A DNA stretch of 64,000 nt from Macrostomum lignano (taxonomy: Eukaryota): contig NIVC01002012.1 in assembly GCA_002269645.1 (NCBI GenBank), positions 62,001 to 126,000 on the forward strand, read 5' to 3'. Shown here piece by piece: positions 59,950-64,000 of this stretch (positions are counted from its first letter, which is position 1; each line of letters begins with the position of its first letter). Below the pieces are notes generated by a model, which was given only the letters and a program-made list of their open reading frames with translations, was not told the origin of the DNA and ran no database searches. A program made the position numbers and the translations under genes.

Positions 59950-62900
59950 TCAGTGAGCAGTGCCACCAGGTACCAGAGTGCGCAACTGCTTGAGCACAAC
60001 CTCAGTCTCCTTGCGCTGCTTGCTACGGAAATTAGCCAAAAAGCTGCCCTTGCGCCGGTCAAATTCTCGAACTTTCTCCAACAGTTGAACAGCCTTGGAG
60101 ACGGTCACTCGATCGTAGCGGCTCCTCGGACCAGTCTGGCACTCGCGCAAAAACACTTGCCAATCGTTGCTGACAACCAGGCGCAACAATTGACTCAATT
60201 CTTCGAATGCCATGCACAGGGTCTCGGGTTCGAGTCCGGGCACCGGTGAATTAGTAGCGAACGCTTTACAACAGGCGATATCAGATGAGAGCTGCAGTAG
60301 TACAGCTGGGCCTATCGACCGGACCTGAGGATCCATCACCAGGCCTAGCAGCTCCTCATGTACGTGCTTGCACGAGATTAGGCAGGCTGTTTGAGCCACC
60401 TGAAATTCAACATTAAAAATTAGGTTATGTACTACGTATAGTAAGCAGTAAATACAGCTGGATACTGTCAAAATATTTAACATAGCATGCTGATCTACAC
60501 TGAGCAGTCCCTTAGTCTAAACTGAGCAGTCCCTTAGTCTAGATTGAGCAGTCCGATTAGTCTAGATTGAGCAGTCGCATTAGTCTAGATTGAGCAGTCC
60601 CATTAGTCTAGATTGAGCAGTCCCATTAGTCTAGATTGATCAGTCCCATTAGTCTAGATTGAGCAGTCCCTTTAGTCTAGATTGAGCAGTCCCTTTAGTC
60701 TAGATTGAGCAGTCCCTTTAGTCTAGATTGAGCAGTCCCTTAGTCTAGATTGAGCAGTCCCTTTAGTCTACATAGAGCAGTCCCTTAGTCTAGATTGAGC
60801 AGTCCCTTTAGTCTAGATTGAGCAGTCCCTTAGTCTAGATTGAGCAGTCCCTTTAGTCTACATAGAGCAGTCCCTTTAGTCTAGATTGAGCAGTCCCTTA
60901 GTCTAGATTGAGCAGTCCCTTAGTCTAGATTGAGCAGTCCCTTTAGTCTAGATTGAGCAGTCCCTTAGTCTAGATTGAGCAGTCCCTTTAGTCTAGATTG
61001 AGCAGTCCCTTTAGTCTAGATTGAGCAGTCCCTTAGTCTAGATTGAGCAGACCCTTTAGTCTAGATTGAGCAGTCCCTTAGTCTAGATTGAGCAGACCCT
61101 TTAGTCTAGATTGAGCAGTCCCTTAGTCTAGATTGAGCAGTCCCTTAGTCTAGATTAAGCAGACCCTTTAGTCTACATGGAGCAGTCCCTTTAGTCTAGA
61201 TTGAGCAGTCCCTTAGTCTAGATTGAGCAGTCCCTTTAGTCTAGATTGAGCAGTCCCTTTAGTCTAGATTGAGCAGTCCCTTAGTCTAGATTGAGCAGAC
61301 CCTTTAGTCTAGATTGAGCAGTCCCTTAGTCTAGATTGAGCAGTCCCTTAGTCTAGATTGAGCAGTCCCTTTAGTCTACATAGAGCAGTCCCTTTAGTCT
61401 AGATTGAGCAGTCCCTTAGTCTAGATTGAGCAGTCCCTTTAGTCTAGATTGAGCAGTCCCTTTAGTCTAGATTGAGCAGTCCCTTAGTCTAGATTGAGCA
61501 GACCCTTTAGTCTAGATTGAGCAGTCCCTTAGTCTAGATTGAGCAGACCCTTTAGTCTAGATTGAGCAGTCCCTTAGTCTAGATTGAGCAGTCCCTTAGT
61601 CTAGATTGAGCAGACCCTTTAGTCTACATAGAGCAGTCCCTTTAGTCTAGATTGAGCAGTCCCTTAGTCTAGATTGAGCAGTCCCTTAGTCTAGATTGAG
61701 CAATCCCTTTAGTCTAGATTGAGCAGTCCCTTAGTCTAGATTGAGCAGTCCCATTAGTCTAGATTGAGCAGTCCCTTTAGTCTAGACTCTAGATTGAGCA
61801 GTCCCTTAGTCTAGATTGAGCAGACCCTTTAGTCTAGATTGAGCAGTCCCTTAGTCTAGATTGAGCAGACCCTTTAGTCTAGATTGAGCAGTCCCTTAGT
61901 CTAGATTGAGCAGTCCCTTAGTCTAGATTGAGCAGACCCTTTAGTCTACATAGAGCAGTCCCTTAGTCTAGATTGAGCAGTCCCTTTAGTCTAGATTGAG
62001 CAGTCCCTTAGTCAAGATTGAGCAGACCCTTTAGTCTAGATTGAGCAGCCCCTTAGTCTAGATTGAGCAGTCCCTTTTGTCTAGATTGAGCAGTCCCTTA
62101 GTCTAGATTGAGCAGACCCTTTAGTCTAGATTGAGCAGTCCCTTTAGTCTAGATTGAGCAGCCCGATTAGTCTAGATTGAGCAGCCCGATTAGTCTAGAT
62201 TGAGCAGTCCCTTTAGTCTAGATTGAGCAGTCCCTTTTGTCTAGATTGAGCAGTCCCTTAGTCTAGATTGAGCAGTCCCTTTAGTCTAGATTGAGCAGTC
62301 CCTTTTGTCTAGATTGAGCATTCCATTAGTCTAGATTGAACAGTCCCTTAGTCTACACTGAGCAGTCCCTTAGTCTACACTGAGCAGTCCCTTAGTCTAC
62401 ACTCTACACTGAGCAGTCCCTTAGTCTCTACACTGAGCAGTCCCTTAGTCTACACTCTACACTGAGCAGTTCCTTAGTCTCTACACTGAGCAGTCCCTTA
62501 GTCTACACTCTACACTGAGCAGTCCCTTAGTCTACACTCTACACTGAGCAGTCCCTTAGTCTCTACACTGAGCAGTCCCTAAGAGGCAGCACTCACCTTA
62601 GGTGGCAGATTAGTGAAGGCGGTAAAGGTGGAGTGCAGATAGGCCATCAGATCCGACACCCAAGCTGATGGCGGCGGCAACTGCTGCTGCAGATTCTGAG
62701 CACTCTGAGCCTGCTGTTGGCCATGATTGCCACTAGAAGTATGCCCAGCTTCGATGGGATCGTAATCCCAATCGTATTCGGCTAGGGAGATCATCTTGTT
62801 CACCTGAGATTGGTTTTTTATCGAGGAGTAATAAAGTAAGTCCCTTCGGGATTCTCGTGCGAGATTTTTAAAAAAGGTGATTCTTAAGAGGTAAGCACTA

Positions 62901-63936
62901 GATCACAGGGTGAGATTCTCTAGGTAAAGGTGGGTACTAAATCTCAGGGTGAGATTCTCTAGGTAAAGGTGGGTACTAAATCTCAGGGTGAGATCTCTAG
63001 GTAGAGGTAGGTACTAAATCTCAGGTGAGATTCTCTACGCAGAGGTGGGTACTGGATCTCAGGGTGAGATTCTCTAGGTAGAGGTAGGTACTAAATCTTA
63101 GGTGAGATTCTCTAGGTAGAGGTAGGTACTAAATCTCAGGTGAGATTCTCTAGGTAAAGGTGGGCACTAAATCTCAGGGTGAGATTCTCTAGGTAGAGGT
63201 GGGTATTAAATCTCAGGATGAAATTCTCTAGAGATAGATATTAGATCTTAGGGTGAGACTCTAAAGGTATGGGTTTTAGATCTCAGGATGAGATAATCTA
63301 AGGTTGGATACTAGATCTTAAGGTGAGATTTTCTAGAAATGGACATTGGATTTCAAGGTGAGACTCTATAGGGATGGATACAAGATCTCAGAGTGAGATT
63401 CTCTAGTCGATCCTTAACTTTCAAAGAGAAGATTCTATAAAATTTTCGTATGGGGTTTCAGGTGTCTAGGATCCATCAACGCGCACCTGTTCCTTCATCT
63501 TCTCGTAGGCAAATGATTCGCATTCTGCCTGGCAGTCTTTAAACACAGCCTTGCCGTGCAGCTTGACTCCGCCGCTATCCAATCGCTGCATAGTGTACGC
63601 TTCTAAGCGATCGCAGACTTCCTCTAACGCTTCAACGTTGACAATCATTTGAATCAGCTCCGGTAGATGCAGCTCTCTTAACCGTTCTTTGAAACAGTCG
63701 CGAACTGTATAGGCTAGCAGGTCGTTAATTGCCTTGCTCAGGCTGTCCTCCAGTTCGGCGTTCGAGGTGCCCCCGGCGTCGGCCGATGCCCCGTCGTGAA
63801 AGCAAAGGCATTCGTCGACAAATTGAGCACAGGTTGAGTACACTAGGGGCACCATCTGGCTGAAGCTGGTTCTCTTTGGATAGGGCAGAGAGTCGAACTC
63901 AGCCGAGCTGAACGGGTACAGATCGAGTACTTGAGC
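59950..63936 (-). CDS. EXOC6: Exocyst complex component 6 / Sec15, last three exons (5'-partial)
   Basis: Exons 63936..63487, 62803..62597, 60399..59950, all phase 0. Motifs LPELIQMIVN, LAEYDW, FTNLPPKVAQTAC, SPVPG, QLLEK and VLKQLRTL match the Sec15 C-terminus. Confidence 0.92.
60495..62582. repeat. 23/24-bp minisatellite filling the last EXOC6 intron
   Basis: TTAGTCTAGATTGAGCAGTCCC(T), about 88 units over 2.1 kb. Confidence 0.96.
62900..63410. repeat. 38-39-bp minisatellite, EXOC6 intron
   Basis: GTGAGATTCTCTAGGTAGAGGTGGGTACTAAATCTCAGG, decaying rightward. Confidence 0.9.
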
Positions 63937-64000
63937 CTGGAGCGTTGAGCAGATGGGGTAGGTGAGGGTTCTGAGTTTGAGTAAATACTAATGCTAATAA

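Overview
Metazoan genomic DNA with spliced genes, minisatellite-filled introns and nested transposons. The style resembles a Macrostomum-type flatworm, but that is an unverified inference. Recognised host genes, all on the minus strand and head-to-tail: EXOC6/Sec15 (5'-partial), NAT10 (9 exons, 1038 aa) and ATG101, followed by an uncharacterised ~249-aa spliced gene. On the plus strand are a 3-exon ankyrin-repeat + Ser/Thr kinase gene and a divergent 6-exon Rel-homology (NF-kB-like) gene, of which the ORF track shows only fragments. The Rel-like gene is the most notable find: it has an altered DNA-recognition loop and stops right after the NLS. Mobile DNA includes a near-intact piggyBac inside a solo LTR; a three-level nest (8-bp-TSD DNA element > 12.6-kb Ty3/Gypsy with an extra ORF > TIR element); a very recent Mag-like LTR element in a NAT10 intron; three tRNA-derived SINE copies; a Penelope-like fragment with a hammerhead ribozyme core; and LINE and hAT remnants. 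All assignments come from manual reading, translation and motif recall; no database searches were run.
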